The position numbers were made by a program, and so were the translations under genes. A DNA stretch of 64,000 nucleotides from Felis catus (lineage: Eukaryota): NCBI RefSeq assembly GCF_018350175.1, contig NC_058368.1, positions 112,098,001 through 112,162,000 of the forward strand, in the 5' to 3' direction. Positions 24,273 through 37,784 of the stretch are shown here, piece after piece. Numbering within the stretch: position 1 is the first letter of the stretch; every line of letters begins with the position of its first letter. The notes under the pieces were generated by a model. It was not told the DNA's origin. It did no database searches and was given only the letters and a program-made list of their open reading frames with translations.

Positions 24273-26226
24273 TAGGGGGGAACTAGAATTCTTCGCTATC
24301 TTTTGTCAAGTGAGTAGGCCCTTCTGGTTTATGTGTTTTTATGGGTTACCTTAATAGTGGTAAGGCAGTGGATCCTTTAAATTTAACCAAACCTAGAGGA
24401 GGCTTTATCAGAAGTTACCAATGTAGTGCTTATTTAAAGCTTGTTTGAGTCTGTTGATACATGGAAAACACAGAATGCATTTTTGGCTGCTATGGTTGGA
24501 TTAGAATTTTCTTGGCTGTATCAGATCATGGAGGAAATTCCTGTTTGTTTTATGTCTGTGTCCAGCAGGTCAGATATATGGAACAGAATTGTCCACCTCA
24601 AACAGGTAGGGAAGCGTGGCTGATATGATTAAGTGACATAGCTTCTCCTTCTATGAACTGGGTTGTGGAGTCTAAGTGTGCCTGGCCAAGGACTGGTGAC
24701 ACATTCTTGAACACTGTCCCTGTTGAGTTCTCTGTCCACTGGGGGTGAGGACCCATCTTCTCAAAGATCCTTACTGTCTTTTATTTAAGACAAGGGCTAA
24801 AGTAGCCATGGGGCATTAGAGGAAGGAGTGGTCACCCCTCTTTGGGCAAAGGAGGAGCCTGGATAGGTGAGGGTGAGACCAAAAGTGGTTGTTGACCTGT
24901 ACTTGAAAGTAAAGGTTTCTCCAGGTTGGCAAGAGCCTAATGGGAGGAGGAAAGTCATGGAAAAAGGCACAGGGGCTGCCAGCCTTGAGAAGACCCAAGC
25001 TGTGTGTCAAGAAGATTAAGGTGTCATGAGAGCCAGATGAGGGGAATGTGGTAGGGACAGCAGGAAATGAGGCTTATGAGGTCCTCTCACTATGTGGGTT
25101 GAAGAGACCACAACTTCTACCGAGAAGTCAACTTGTTTCTAGGTCATTACCTGCATTCTGATTAGTGAGGGGTCCTTCTTAGCCAGCTTAAGTGGCTATT
25201 CACCCTAAGACTCAGTGGGACATGATGAGGCCCACTAGACAGAATAGGGGCCCTAACATGTCCCATGCTTCCCTTCCATATTTAGGGCTCAGGGTTTAGT
25301 TGTCAGTGTGCATCTGACCCTAAGATGCGTGATCACAGATAGACATTTTAAAGCCTTTTGGGTGCCCGCAGGTAGAATAGGGGAAGAAGGCCACTGAAGG
25401 AGAGGCAAGAATATGGGAGAAAAACCTCCCCAGACTCCCCATCTTGCCCATGCTGGCTGTGATAACTGCCTGGGAGAGCTGCCTGGCTGGGGATCCTCAG
25501 AGTTGTGTGGGGTCAGACTTTACATCCTGGTGAGGGGCAAAGGCTGGCAAATTCTGAACGTGTGCCTGGTTCAGTAACACTCCCGCGGCCGCTTGAGAGG
25601 GCGGATCTTCCCAGGCCCCAACAATGACTTTATGTGAGCTGAGCAGCCACCCCTGGCCTGTGAGTTCTAACTGCCCCGTCTCTTATGGGTGTGGACACAG
25701 CCTCAGGGTGTCTAAAGGTCGATGGCAGACCCTAAAGCCAAGGCTGAACCTTGATGCAGAAAAGTTGGGATGGGGTGGGGACAAGACTACTCGGAACTGT
25801 GGGACTGAGTTTGGGCAGCCAGGGTCTACCTGCCTTCATCGCTTCTTTTGCATTTTTCTGATGAAAGTTTGGACAAGGTGGGTGGTAATGAGTTGATTTG
25901 ACGTGTGAGATTCCTGAGGCAGATGCTTGAGTATAAACAAAACTTCAAAATACCCAGCCGTTTCTCTGCAAAGTGGGATTTCTTCCATGTCTTCCTGTAA
26001 ACATTCATGGGCACATGAGCTCAGCTTAAATATCAGTGTTGGTTGTTCTCAGCATTACTGGTCACTGGCTTCTAGATTTTAACATGTGTTTCTGGTGAAC
26101 AGTGGCTTTTTGGTGGTGGAACATTGGGCATTCAGGCCAAAGCTTTGCCTTATGAAGGGGGAAAACAAGGTTCAGTTTTAAGGAGAACTTTGGGAAAATG
26201 TCCAGAGAATTCCAGCCCATACATGA

Positions 26227-26243
26227 ATATATGTGTGCGCATA

Positions 26244-26285
<42 letters not shown>
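26227..26285. repeat. Alternating purine-pyrimidine tract including (TG)n microsatellite
   Basis: atatatgtgtgcgcatatgcg(tg)n ca. Confidence 0.95.
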
Positions 26286-26286
<1 letters not shown>

Positions 26287-26849
26287 GCTTCCTAATTCCT
26301 CCCTCTTGTGGATCAAAACCTCTGGTGGCTCTCATCAGAATGAATTAGAGCGTGGTGCTCACATCTAAGCGTTAGAGGCATCCTGAAGCCTTGAGAGGCC
26401 AGGTCGACCATATGGTCCCAAGACAGTTGACCATGGGCCCATTGGGATGGGGCTCACTCCTTGGGAGTGGGGTGAGGGAGCTGGGCTGGGAGGGATGGGA
26501 GGGGTGAGGGAGCTGGGAGTTCTGAGTTCCACCGGGGCTATTGCCAAGCTTGGGTGATTCCCTTTCCCTGCACTGCTCCCAGTCCTGGGTGGCCAGGCCA
26601 GACCTGCCTGCCAGGGCTCCTTGATCGTGAACTGATCATCCAAGGTCTTCCCTGGCCTGCCTGGTTATCCTCTTGGAACAGACTCCCAGAAGTAGTCCCA
26701 TTCATGCTCTGGTTTGGCATGAAGGGGTGGGAGGAACACAGGCAGAAAGGAGAACTCAGGACCATGGCAGAGGAGGGCAGATACTTGTTATGGAAGAAGC
26801 AAAAGACTGATGATACTCTTGGACTGTTGCTCTCAGATCCACTTGGCAT

Positions 26850-27286
26850 CACAGCAGCGGCTAAGTGCTTCAGACTACAGTTTTCAGGCTCCCTTGTGCC
26901 TTCTGGCTTTTGGCTGTGTTTGGCCAAGGGTGGCACCAGTGGGAAACTGGACAGCAAGAAGCAGGCGGAAGGCAGGCTAAGTCTCCCTGTCTGTTTAGGG
27001 AAGTGCCTAGGGCAGTGGCTGCATCCCTTCTACAGTTCCATTTGCCACAGACAGCTTGGCCCTCTGTGGTCCCAGTTCTGACTGGTGGCCTTAGCTCCTG
27101 GCCTCTGGTACTGCTGTCTCTGTCTTATGACCTTCCAGCAGATTCCAGCTATGGACGATGTCTAGGTTGCCTCATTGTTCCCTATCCTTGGCCCTCTGCT
27201 TTCCTACTACCTTTGTAATTTGTTCCTTGTACTAAAACCCTTCTGTGAAAGTACTTCATGTTTTTTAACTGGGCCATGAATGATCA
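26850..27286 (+). mobile_element. ERVL-class solo LTR (LTR33-like)
   Basis: ttcaggctcccttg...tttggccaagggtggcaccagtgggaaactgg and an LTR-like end tttgtaa...actaaa...tgaatgatca. Confidence 0.55.
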
Positions 27287-27459
27287 AGGACTCTCTGTCC
27301 CTCCTTTTCATTCCTTACTCTTCCTTCCATCTCCATTCTGCTGAGGAGTCAACATCCAAAGAAGTAATGTCATATGGGGAAGAGGAACATCATATGCCTT
27401 ATGTCCTCCTTTTGTCTCTCTTGTCACAGAGACCTGAAACGTTATTCCTTGGCCCATCT

Positions 27460-27780
27460 TCTTCCTTGAACATTTATCGAGCACCTTTGTGCAGCAAGAA
27501 GGCTCTGTGCTGATATTGGGGCTGGGGCTGGGGCCTGAAATGAAGGGGTAGGCCTGTCTCCCAGGAGCCCTTGCCCACAGAGAATGTGTGTGTGTGGGGC
27601 ACACACACAAGTGAGGGTCACATGAAGCACCACCCAAGGAGGGAGGTCTGGGGAGGTGTGGAGCATGATAGGCCTCCTTTGGCACAGGGAGTCAGGGAGA
27701 ACTTTCTCGAGAAGGTGGCATTTGGTTGAGTTTTGAAGGATGGGTGGGATGTGTGGAGATGATGGTAAGGAGACATCCGG
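27460..27780 (-). mobile_element. L2 fragment
   Basis: aacatttatcgagcacc...gtcagggagaactttctcgagaaggtggcattt...ttttgaaggatgg. Confidence 0.65.
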
Positions 27781-30700
27781 AGATTAGAGGCTGAGTCTAG
27801 GGCTTCTAATTCCTCTGAAGAACTGCAAATCCCTCAACTGTCCATCTGTGCCTTAGTGAAGACTCCTAAGCCCTTTCCATGGAGGTACCACAGCCACAGA
27901 GGAGCTTGAGGACAATCCTTACCATGTTTTAGGCAAGTGTAGAATTTTTGAAGGTGCCACTTTAGGGCTGGGTTACCCTCTGATGGAGAAGCCTACCTGG
28001 TATTGAGTTTGCTTTCCATATACCTTCTTGGAGGGAGAGACCAAGGTAAGTTGTTGGAGGGAAGGAGAGTGGAAGAGCAGTAAGACGAGGTTTAGGCCTC
28101 AGGGGTAGCCTGGGAAGAGCATCCCAATGGGTCTGGACTAGCTTAAGGCAACCTGAAGATAGTGGGACCAAAGGGAGGTGAGGTTGGGCAGATTGACATC
28201 AATCAGTGGTTGACAGTCCCTTGTGTGGGCTGGGGGGTGTTGCAGGAGACCTGTCTCAGAGGAGGGACATCCCCTCACTGTTCCCAGGGATGCAGCAGAG
28301 AAGAGGCTGGTGCATGTGGATAGAGAAAAATAGAACCTCTTTCCCTCTTTCACTCCCGCCTGCCCTCCCTCTCTGCTACTTTGGAGGGATGTCAGAGGTG
28401 TCATTACTTAGATCGAGGGTAGGGTTTGAAATATATCATAGATTTAATAATGGAGATTTGTGGGATTTCATCTTGCATGCCTCAGCCCCCCGAGGCCAAC
28501 CCATGGCCAGATGAGCATATGTGTGAAGACAAGGATATATGTCTACAGGCTGGGGCCAGGAAGCTGCAGCTGGTGCTAGGTTAATTTCCAAAATTAGGCT
28601 GTGGTCTCTTTTCATAAAGTCTCCAACAATTATAACAACTGTTAAACTGTGACTTTTTAAGTGGGGCGGGGATGTCATGTTTCCTGTTTTGCCTTGTAGA
28701 CTGTTGCACAGAAATTCAACTTGGAGTGAACCTGAAGGGGCATCCAGTGCCAGAATCCCGAGTATTATAGCCTCTTTACAGGAGCACAGCTTAAGGAAAA
28801 AAACCCTCCCGGCCTTTGGATATACAGCCAAACACCTGGGTTGGAATCCAAGTGCAGAAAAGAGGCATGGAATGCCAGGAATGCAACACCTGTGGATAAG
28901 CTATTGACTCAGAGGCCAGTGTGGTCTCTGAAGACAAGGACTCTCCAGGGCCCCCCTCCACTATCTGCCTCTGGGGGACAGCTGTGTACAGAGGGGCTGG
29001 GGGTGATTGTCAGTTTGGTGTTGTGGAAAGATCTGGGGCTTTGGAGTCACTCTGGTTTCTAATCCCAAGGGACATTGGACAGTGCAGGGTGGGAAGTGAG
29101 GAAGTAAGACGAAGAAGGGAAAGAAGCCAATAGAGGGTCCAGTGGGTTACTCTGTGAGCGACTGGAGGTGCATCAGACTCAGGAGCTCTGAGAGTGCAGG
29201 ATGTGCTCAGAGTTATCACAGCCAAGGGGTGAGAGGGCGGGGGTGCTGGTCCTACAACTCCCATCCCATCAGGGGTTGAGGGCTGCTGCCGGCAGTGAGG
29301 GGTGTTGACTCCCCAGCACTCGGGCCTGCTCTGGGCATGTGCTGAGCAGACTCCACTGGCCAGAGAGAGCCCTAGGACAAAAACGTTCAGGACTTCGTGG
29401 TCGGAAGCCATGTAGTTGACATGCTGATGACCAAGGAGGGGGCAGGGCACTAGTGGTAACTGTGGCACGTACCGAGACCTTGGAGGTTTGTGATCTGATC
29501 ACTTCATCCACATGAACCTGCTGGGAACCCAGTGGATGATGCCCTCCAGCAGGGGATTTTATTCTCACCCAGCACTTGGAAAGGATCGTGCTTATGCCAG
29601 GAATGAATGACTAGGTAGAACATGGCAGGCTGCTGAGAATTTGAGGCAGGCAGGCCACTGTCACCATTCTGTGGTGACCTTACCGATGAAGAGCCTGTCT
29701 GGATCGGGTGGTGGTCTTGTGTTCAGCCAGCTCTCTCAGACACCCAGGCTTGTGGCATCCTCCAATCTCTGCTGTAGCCCTAGGAGGCCTCCTGGGAAGG
29801 TGCTAGGTTAATTTCCTGTTAATATCCTGTGTACCAGGCCCCATGAGGAAAGCCTGGAGAATATTGCTGCAGCCATGTTCCTCATCATGGGGGCGATGAC
29901 ACCAAGGCTCCGGGGAAGATAGGGCAGAGACTTGATTTGAGCATCCTGGGCCAAGGGCCTCAGGAATGGAGCCAACTGATGGAGTTTTAGACATTAAACA
30001 CGTCTTTCCCTTCTGGGGCTGAGGGTGGAAGGGAAAGGGAGGATAGACATTGAGCTGAGCACCATCCTCCTGTGGCATTGCTGGGAGCTGGGCCTGGCCT
30101 GAAGGGGGCAGCACCATCTCTGCCCTTCTGCAGTCTGTTCCCAGAAGCCCGGGACAGAAGATGAGGCATGTGGGAGCGGCTGTGCCCTTCCCTTCCTCAC
30201 TGACCCTGGAGTTCCACGTGAAGCCTCTTGTTGGAAACTTGTACATCTTTCATCTGGAGAAATGGAGAGTTTTGTGGCTGGACGATCAGAGGCTTGCCAT
30301 GCTAAGTGTCGGATTCTCCAGGTAGAATTTGGGGCATGGTTTGGTGCAGAGAGCAGAGAACAGAAAATGGGGGAGGAAAATAGACTGAAGAGTGTCAGCT
30401 CCCTCGTGGTAGGGTTTCCTTTCATGGGCTGTTGAATTTCCCGGGAAGTGGGCTCAGGTTGTCCTGTGACTTTTGTGTCCGAGATCTGGACACGGAGCCA
30501 TGCCTTGTGCCCTTGATAAGCTTGCAACCTTTTATCTCTACCCGGCTCCCATCTGTTTGGCAGCTCAAGAATGGCTCTGTGCAACTGGCACTTGGATGAT
30601 TCTCATTTTAGAAAGATTTCAGGCTGACTTAATGCTTCCGGAGACCAAATTCAAAGGCGAAAACTCCAGGGTGACCCAGCAAATGCCTGATTTTCCAGAA

Positions 30701-31264
30701 CTAATCCGTCCTCCTCGACTTGTCTCCTCACCTCTCCCCGGATCAGCACAGCCGTCAAAGTCGTTCTCATGTTGTGCAAAGTGACAACCATAATCACAAA
30801 TGAATGAAACAGGTCTACTCTGTGGAGGAGAATCTGGAGGATGAGTCATTTGAAATGTTGTGCTGTGAGGTTGCTTTGCGCTTTATCCCCATATGAAAAA
30901 CAGCCATGTGATTTAAAGAGCTTTTCGATCCAGTCATTAGTGCCGATTTTAAATGGGCGTTACTTCTTCTCATAGGGTATTTTTGCCCTTTATCTAAAAC
31001 AGTGTTTGGCAGAGGAATTCCTTTGAAGTCAGACCCAGTGAAGGGAGAGGTCTTTGAGACGATGCCAGACTTCTCCCTGCTATGATTTAGATGCCGTCTG
31101 CCTAGAATCAAGGGCCGACATGTTGTGTTTCTTAAAATCCCCTCTACCTGTGTGGTTCTCATCCCTCGAGGGTAAAGATGAAAGACTAACCTGAGTGTGA
31201 CATCTCATGTGGCTGCATAGTCTTTTCCAGCATCCTCTGGAGGCCTAGCCCTTGAGGTGACGAG

Positions 31265-31640
31265 ATCACGGAGGGCCTTGTATACCTTGTATGCCATACT
31301 GCGATGTGTAGGCTTTGTCATGAGGGCCATGGGGAGCCACTGAAAGGCTCCATTCAGGAAAGTGGCATGGAAGCTTAGTGTTGTAGAAGGATGGCTCAGG
31401 CTTCCATGTGGTGGATGGATGACGGAAGAGAACCCAGAGGCACCGAGACTTCATGGGAGGCAGGTGTGTACCCAGGTGACAGAAGACATAGTGTCTTGGA
31501 CTCAAGCGGGGGTGGAAGGAGTGTAGGAGAGTGTAGAAGAGAGGCCCATTCAAGAATATCTAGAAGATAAACCTTCAAGTCCAGCACGATGGACAGTAAG
31601 GCACCGAAGGAGGACAAGTCTAGTTCCTTGCCTGGAAACA
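31265..31640 (-). mobile_element. L2 fragment
   Basis: agggccttgtat...atggggagccactgaa...caagtctagttccttgcctggaaac. Confidence 0.7.
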
Positions 31641-32411
31641 GAATGATGTACAAAGTCAAGGTTGACTTTGGCCTCTCTTTCTTGGGAGCCTGTGACTGAA
31701 CACAGGGGTCTCTAAGCCACTGGGAGGGAAACCTTGTGAAACACAGAGACAAGAGCCTGAGCAGAAAGAATAGTGGGAAGGAAATTCAAACCAATATTTT
31801 GAACTATTTTTTTAATCATCATTTCCCAGACAATGTCATTATCCTAATTTGAAAGAGAGCGATTCAATTCATTTTCTATTTGTGGTTGCCAGCCCCATGA
31901 ATACTTGATGGTTTTGGATTACAAAGCTTCCAGCAGTGGTTCTCAGGCGGTCAATAGAATGGAGGGCAAGGAGAGGCCCGCGTTGAGGTATTGATAGGCT
32001 GTGTGCCTCCTCATGTGTCTCCTGCTTCAATAGCATCTATTTTGGGCAGAGTTCTTTCTGAAGCTCTGGCGGGGTGAGGAAAATGAGCATTCTTCCTGCT
32101 TCCAGGGCTGGTTGTCAGAGCTCTGGAAATGATCTGTTGTGACAAATGGCAATGGCTTCAGGTTATGTGGGAGGACTGCAGCCCTCAGATGGGTAATTTT
32201 CTCTGCAGTTTAATGGTGATTGCAAGGAGATGGGGCAGCTGATCCGAGTAATGGGAACATGACAGACGGAATGAAATTGTGGTGGTTGTTGTTGTTGTTG
32301 TTTTAGGTTTCTTGTAAGGCAGTGGGTTGTATTAATCACAGACCTGCCTTCTGTAAGAAAGATAAGTCGTCTGGAAGAAGTTTGGACTTGAAGCATGGCA
32401 AAACTCATCAT

Positions 32412-32567
32412 TGCTATGGACTGAGTTGTGCCCCCCTCAAATTCATAATCTCCCCGTGTGACTGTACTTGGAGACAGGGATTTGGGGAGGCACTTAAGGT
32501 TAAATCAGGTCATAAGGGCGGGGTCCTAATCTGATAGGATTGGCAACCTTAAATGAAGAGGAAGAGA

Positions 32568-32611
<44 letters not shown>

Positions 32612-32820
32612 TCTATGCACGCTGACTGAAGAAAGGCCACGTGAGGACACAGTAAGAAGGTGGCCTCTGCACGCCAGGAAGGGGGCTCTCACCAGCACCG
32701 ACTGTCCTGGCAGCCTGATTTCTGGCTTCTCGCCTCCACACCTCTGAGAAAATACATTTCTGTTGTTTAAGACCCCCAGGGTATGGTCTGTTGCTGTGGC
32801 ATCCCAAGCAGACTAGGACA
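32412..32820 (+). mobile_element. MaLR solo LTR (MLT1B-like) with internal (GA)n expansion
   Basis: tgctatggactgagttgtgcccccctcaaattcata...aaggttaaatcaggtcataagggcggggtcctaatc...gcagactaggaca; TG...CA termini. Confidence 0.9.
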
Positions 32821-33632
32821 GAGTGAAGATGTGCGAATGGCTCAGTCCCAGTATTTATTTGAATTAAATAAATCAGCAGTCATGGTACTAAGTTTGGAAT
32901 CAGCAATAACAACTAATTCTCCTGGACTTAGATTTTTGTACAGTGAAGTAGCCAACATGTTGCTTAGTTTTAGAATCTGCATACACATTATGAGCTCTAA
33001 AAAATTTTTAGATTTAATTTAAATCTGAAGTTGGCAAGCGGCTGACATATTCCCCATGTGACTTCTGAAATTTCTCAGGGAAAGTGCACCCATTTCTCCC
33101 CGAGTTTGAGCTCTTTTCTGAGACTAAGTTAGACCTGGGGAAGGCCAAGCGCCTCATGCTACTCTCATTGCTGTTCTGTGGGGGTGCTTTGCCCATGCCT
33201 GTCTTTCATGCAGTCCAATTTTTCTGTCCAAGAACAAATTAAGAACTCCATGTTACCTGGGAGATGAGGGAGAGCTGCGTGTGTTTGGCCTGTGGTCTCT
33301 GCTGCCTCCTCATTAGGGATGTGGCTACCATTTGTTACCCTCTGGGGCAACATTGCTGGCATGGGGTCCATTCTGCAACCCACTATGCTGACAGAGGCAA
33401 AGAACAAGAGAAACAATTCAAGAGGGAGGGACAAAATGTCTTCTAGAGCTGACCTGTGATCCAGTGATTGGAAATCTTAGCCAGTGACCAGTCATCATGG
33501 GACCATGAGACCCCTGACGTTGAGTTAGACACCATAGAAAGACACCAGAGCAAGAGGAAGCTTGGGTCCTGCCCTCAAGATGCTCATGATCTCCTTGAAG
33601 AAATAAGCCACCCTCAAAAAAATTTTTAAAAA

Positions 33633-33815
33633 GGGGTTCCTGGGTGGCTCAGTCGGTTAGACATCTGACTTCATCTCGGGTCATGATCTTGCAGTTCGTG
33701 AGTTGGAGCCCCATGTCAGGCTCTCTGCTGACGGCTCAGAGCCTGGAGCCTGTTTCAGATTCTGTGTCTTTCTCTCTGTGCCACTCCTCTCAAAAATAAA
33801 CATTAAAAAAAAAAA
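33633..33815 (+). mobile_element. Can-SINE (short body)
   Basis: ggggttcctgggtggctcagtcgg head through aataaacattaaaaaa tail. Confidence 0.93.
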
Positions 33816-35875
33816 TGGGAATAAGGCCCACACACCAGGAAGCCAAGACAAATCTAAGTAAGGGTCTTCACAGGCTGACTTCCCCTGGGGGATTTTTTGA
33901 GAAGGGAAAGGAGTGATTTGGGGTTCAGCCCTGGGTTGATGGCATGAGTCTGGGAAGGCCTTCTGGAGAAGATGGGCTGGTTTTGGTCGTCAGACAGGGA
34001 TGAAGTCGGAGAGGCCCAAGGCAGAGAATGGTTGCTAGTTTGTTTTCTCACTTAGAGAATACTTTTTAAGTACCAGTTGCATGTCAGGGCTTGGCTGTGG
34101 GTCATGGAAAGGAGAGAGCAAGTAGCCATGGCCACATGGGACATTTCTCTAGGTCTGTTGGGGCTTTGAGGACCAAGAGAGCTGGAGCCAGGTGCATTCC
34201 TTTCATGGAGGAAGCCAAGTGTCCCCATGCACTGAGTGCTGCCATTGTTGCAGTTTGGTTTTGTGACAAATGCTAATTACCTCCGTCTGCGTCTCCTGGG
34301 ACACTAGCATCCATCCTTCCCTCCTGGTGGCCCCACATGATTCTGTACATCATGGGAATGGGATCCTGGGGCAGATCTCAGAAGGAAGGACTAGCAGGAA
34401 AATGCTAGTGGCCGTGACCCTGCCCTCTGGCCTCTGTTTGTTCATGAGCATGTGGAGTCCAGGGGTGCTCCATATCTACAGTGGAGCTTGGGGAAAGCTC
34501 TCATGCTATGGAGCAGGAAATTATCCCAAGCAGTATGCCAACTCCGGACTCTGAGCAGGACTGTCTGTCAGGTGCTGAATCTGCATGTATTGATCTGGGG
34601 TCTGGTGGTGCTGCTGTTAGGGAGCCAGACCTCTAGCTAAGTCCATACAAGTTTAAATGGGTGGGTGGGGTAGCCAGGCATGGGAACCTTGGTGGTGGGG
34701 CCAACAACAATGACAGCCACTCTAGGCTGAGTTCAAGCTATCAATACAACGTTTCTGAACACAGAGCTGGGAAGATCCTTACAAGCAGGTCTCACAAGGA
34801 AGTGCAAGCCAGATCCCGCATACCATTGCCTGTAATGAAATACCACTAGCAACAGGCAACTCATTACCTCTTGGTGTTGCCCGTTCTGTTCATCCTTCTG
34901 TCTTGGGCCTCTCAGATTTCATCCTCTTTTGGGGCCGAAACAAGTCCATCCCTAAGGAAATGTTAGAAAATTATGTCAAACTCGAATCTCATTCTTTCAT
35001 ATTAACCAGTACTTTTTTCCCCCAACTCTGATTTCTAGTTCCTACTTGTACCCATCTTTAAGAAACAAGCTGGATTTTAGGATTAGAGGTGAGTGGTTCT
35101 CGTAAAAAGAGTGATTACTCACTGGTCTTGGATAATGACCTTCCCCTGACCTCCTGATCGTCCTCTTGTAGGTTACCTCATATCTAGCACATTATGTTTC
35201 TAATTGATGTCATTCAACAAACGCAATAGAGAATCTACTTGGTGCCAAGCCTGGGCTGGGCACTCTAGGGAAGTAATGAATGAAATATAGTCCCCTCTTT
35301 GGCTGCTTAGTGTTCAGTGGGGAAGAGAATAAGTCAGTCAGTACTCTCAAGTGCTTTGTCCTATGATGAGGGGCAGGAATTTGCTCTGGGGCTTTCCATT
35401 TGTGAAAAGGTCACTTCTGACTCGTGGTTTGCTGTTTCTGCTGTCCATGCTATGGAAAAGGACCAATTAGCATGGCTGACTTCTTAGGGCAGAGAGCACT
35501 ACCCACAGGGAGCCCTGGGCAGCTTCAGACACACACCCATGTCTGCCGGAATCTGCCCATGTTTCAGCGACAGACAGGAGATTTTACAAAGCCATTGTTA
35601 AGCCGATCAATAGCTCAACATGTGGAATGGACAAACCCATAGTTCTTGTATTAGAAACATCCTCTGTAGCAACTGCACACACAGTAGCAAAAGTCTTTAG
35701 ATGTTGGACTGTGGTGCCAGTATTCAACTTCCATTACCCCTGAGGTTGAGCAATACCAGGAAACATGTGGGATGTAGCTGGCCAAACCAGACCGTGTTGT
35801 ACATCTCTGTTGAAGTGTGGTCTGCTTCCCGTGGGATTGAGGAAGAATTTTCCAAGTTCTGTACTGACTCAGTGG

Positions 35876-35922
35876 AGGGAGGGAGGGAGGGAGAGAGAGA
35901 GCAAGAGAGAGAGAGAGAGAGA
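35876..35922. repeat. (GGGA)n/(GA)n purine tract
   Basis: gagggagggagggagggagagagagagcaagagagagagag. Confidence 0.85.
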
Positions 35923-36926
35923 GCAAGCATCCATTAGGACTAGAAGTGAAAAATAGAAAAGATGACAAGCCAGCACCTTTTAGCAAACACAGTTACTCAT
36001 GGTATCTGTGTTGACTGGCATTTGTTTAATAACTGTTTGGATTTGGAGTTGATACAGGGTGAGTTGAACTGATCCCATCTCTGACCTTTGGAATCTATAA
36101 TTTATCATCAGTGTGGTCAACCCAAATAACCAACAAGTAAACTTTCCATCACGTGCTGGTTATGAACTGGCAAAATAACCAATACAAGCCCAAATGTTTG
36201 GCTTAGTTCTGTCTACACAAAAAACCATATCCTCCTGCTGGAGTTGAACCAGCAAAGAAAGCTATGTATGGAAGTGGATGCTGCAGGATTCCCAAGACTT
36301 CCAGATGAATTCATATTCTCTCCCTGTCTCTTTCCACCGACCCCCCTTCCTTCCCCTAGTCCCCTCTCCAGCCACAGCTTGAAAAGGAAATCTTACCAAG
36401 CACACAGGGACACAAAGAAGAGCAGGACATTACCAACTTGAAGGAGCTCTAGCCTCTGAAACCATTTAGGCACAATTGGGTGCAAAATTGTTGAGGAGTT
36501 CCTTTACTCATGGTCCTTAACTCATTAGTTTTTTCATGCTAAAGATCAGGGTAAGGAGTACAGCAATTTTATTTAATCCAGGAGGAGTCTCTTCTGGCAA
36601 AAGTGTTTTTTCATCACGTGTTTCTCCATCAGGAGAGAAATGTGAGTGCTGAAAAGTCTGGTATGCAGCAGAGCAAAGAAAGTTCCTTTCATAAGCAACA
36701 GAAATGGTGGTTCATGAGTGGGTTAGAAGTCGCGGGTCCCTGTTCTTAGTTAAAGCAGCATCAACCTCTTGTCAAGTTCAGAGAAACCATTCACAAACTC
36801 TCTGCTGAACAGGTAGGCCACAATGACAGGGACTGCAAAGGATATTTGTTTGTTGCTGGAACCTTGATTTCTAGTTCCAGAAAAGCCTAAGTCAGCAGGA
36901 AGAATGAATATATTTTTCATCACTTA

Positions 36927-37620
36927 CTCTATTTCATCAATTTTAAGGTGCACATTCTGTTTTTCATATTTTAACATCTCTGAAATTAATGGCACAGTGC
37001 AGTTATTGTCAGCCAGGGAGCAGTCATGACAATGTCATCATCTCTGCATGCGCGAACTTGGTCTTAGCTGTTCATGTTTTCACTTCAATGAGTTATGAAG
37101 TTATGTGCATTTTGGTGCTACATATGTCAAGTTTCACTGATACTTAGAATTTTTTTTAAGATTACATTATGCTTTGGTATTGAAACAAACAAAAAAGAGC
37201 AGAGGTATGTACAATTGCTGTAAGTGAAGCAAATATTTGTCTTTGGAGAAATGACCAAAGTTCCCTATTTCTTGCAGAACAACAACCAAGTACTTTAAGA
37301 AAATACTTCTTAAACTTTTTAATGTGTAAGCAGATCATCAGAGAATCTTGTTAAAATTATTTGGTATATCTGGGATGGAGCTAAGTGCCTTTTTTGGTAA
37401 CTAGCAACCAGATGACCTAATAATTGTAGGTCCAAACCATACATTGAGTAATAAGGCTTTACCAGAAGATAAAGGAAATTAGTTACAAGTAAATGAAGCT
37501 GTGCTCATTTTGTTACTGAATTATATACAATGGTTTGCATATCACTTGCTAAATCAAGCTACTAAAGGCATGATAAATACCAAATCCTTAGGAAATCTAA
37601 GTTTCCACTCTAAGTGCTAT
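36927..37620 (+). mobile_element. Kanga1-like TcMar-Tc2 DNA transposon, 5' portion
   Basis: TA followed by ctctatttcatcaattttaaggtgcac...ttttaacatctctgaaat (Kanga1/MER104-type end); degenerate transposase N-terminus near 37490-37590. Confidence 0.7.
37301..37456. mobile_element. MER5-like hAT MITE nested in Kanga1
   Basis: ...gagaatcttgttaaaat...ggtccaaaccatacattgagtaataagg; imperfect 8-bp TSD ctttaaga / ctttacca. Confidence 0.7.
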
Positions 37621-37784
37621 ATGGACTCTACATCTACATCTTGTTGAGAGAGCCAGTGACAGGATATTGTATTAAAAAGTAACACAACAAAACAGAAGAA
37701 CATGTAAATGACAAATTTTTTTCACATTTCTGCTCTCTTTTCAACCTACCCTCTTCTTCTAACAAAAAGGATAAGATACTACAG

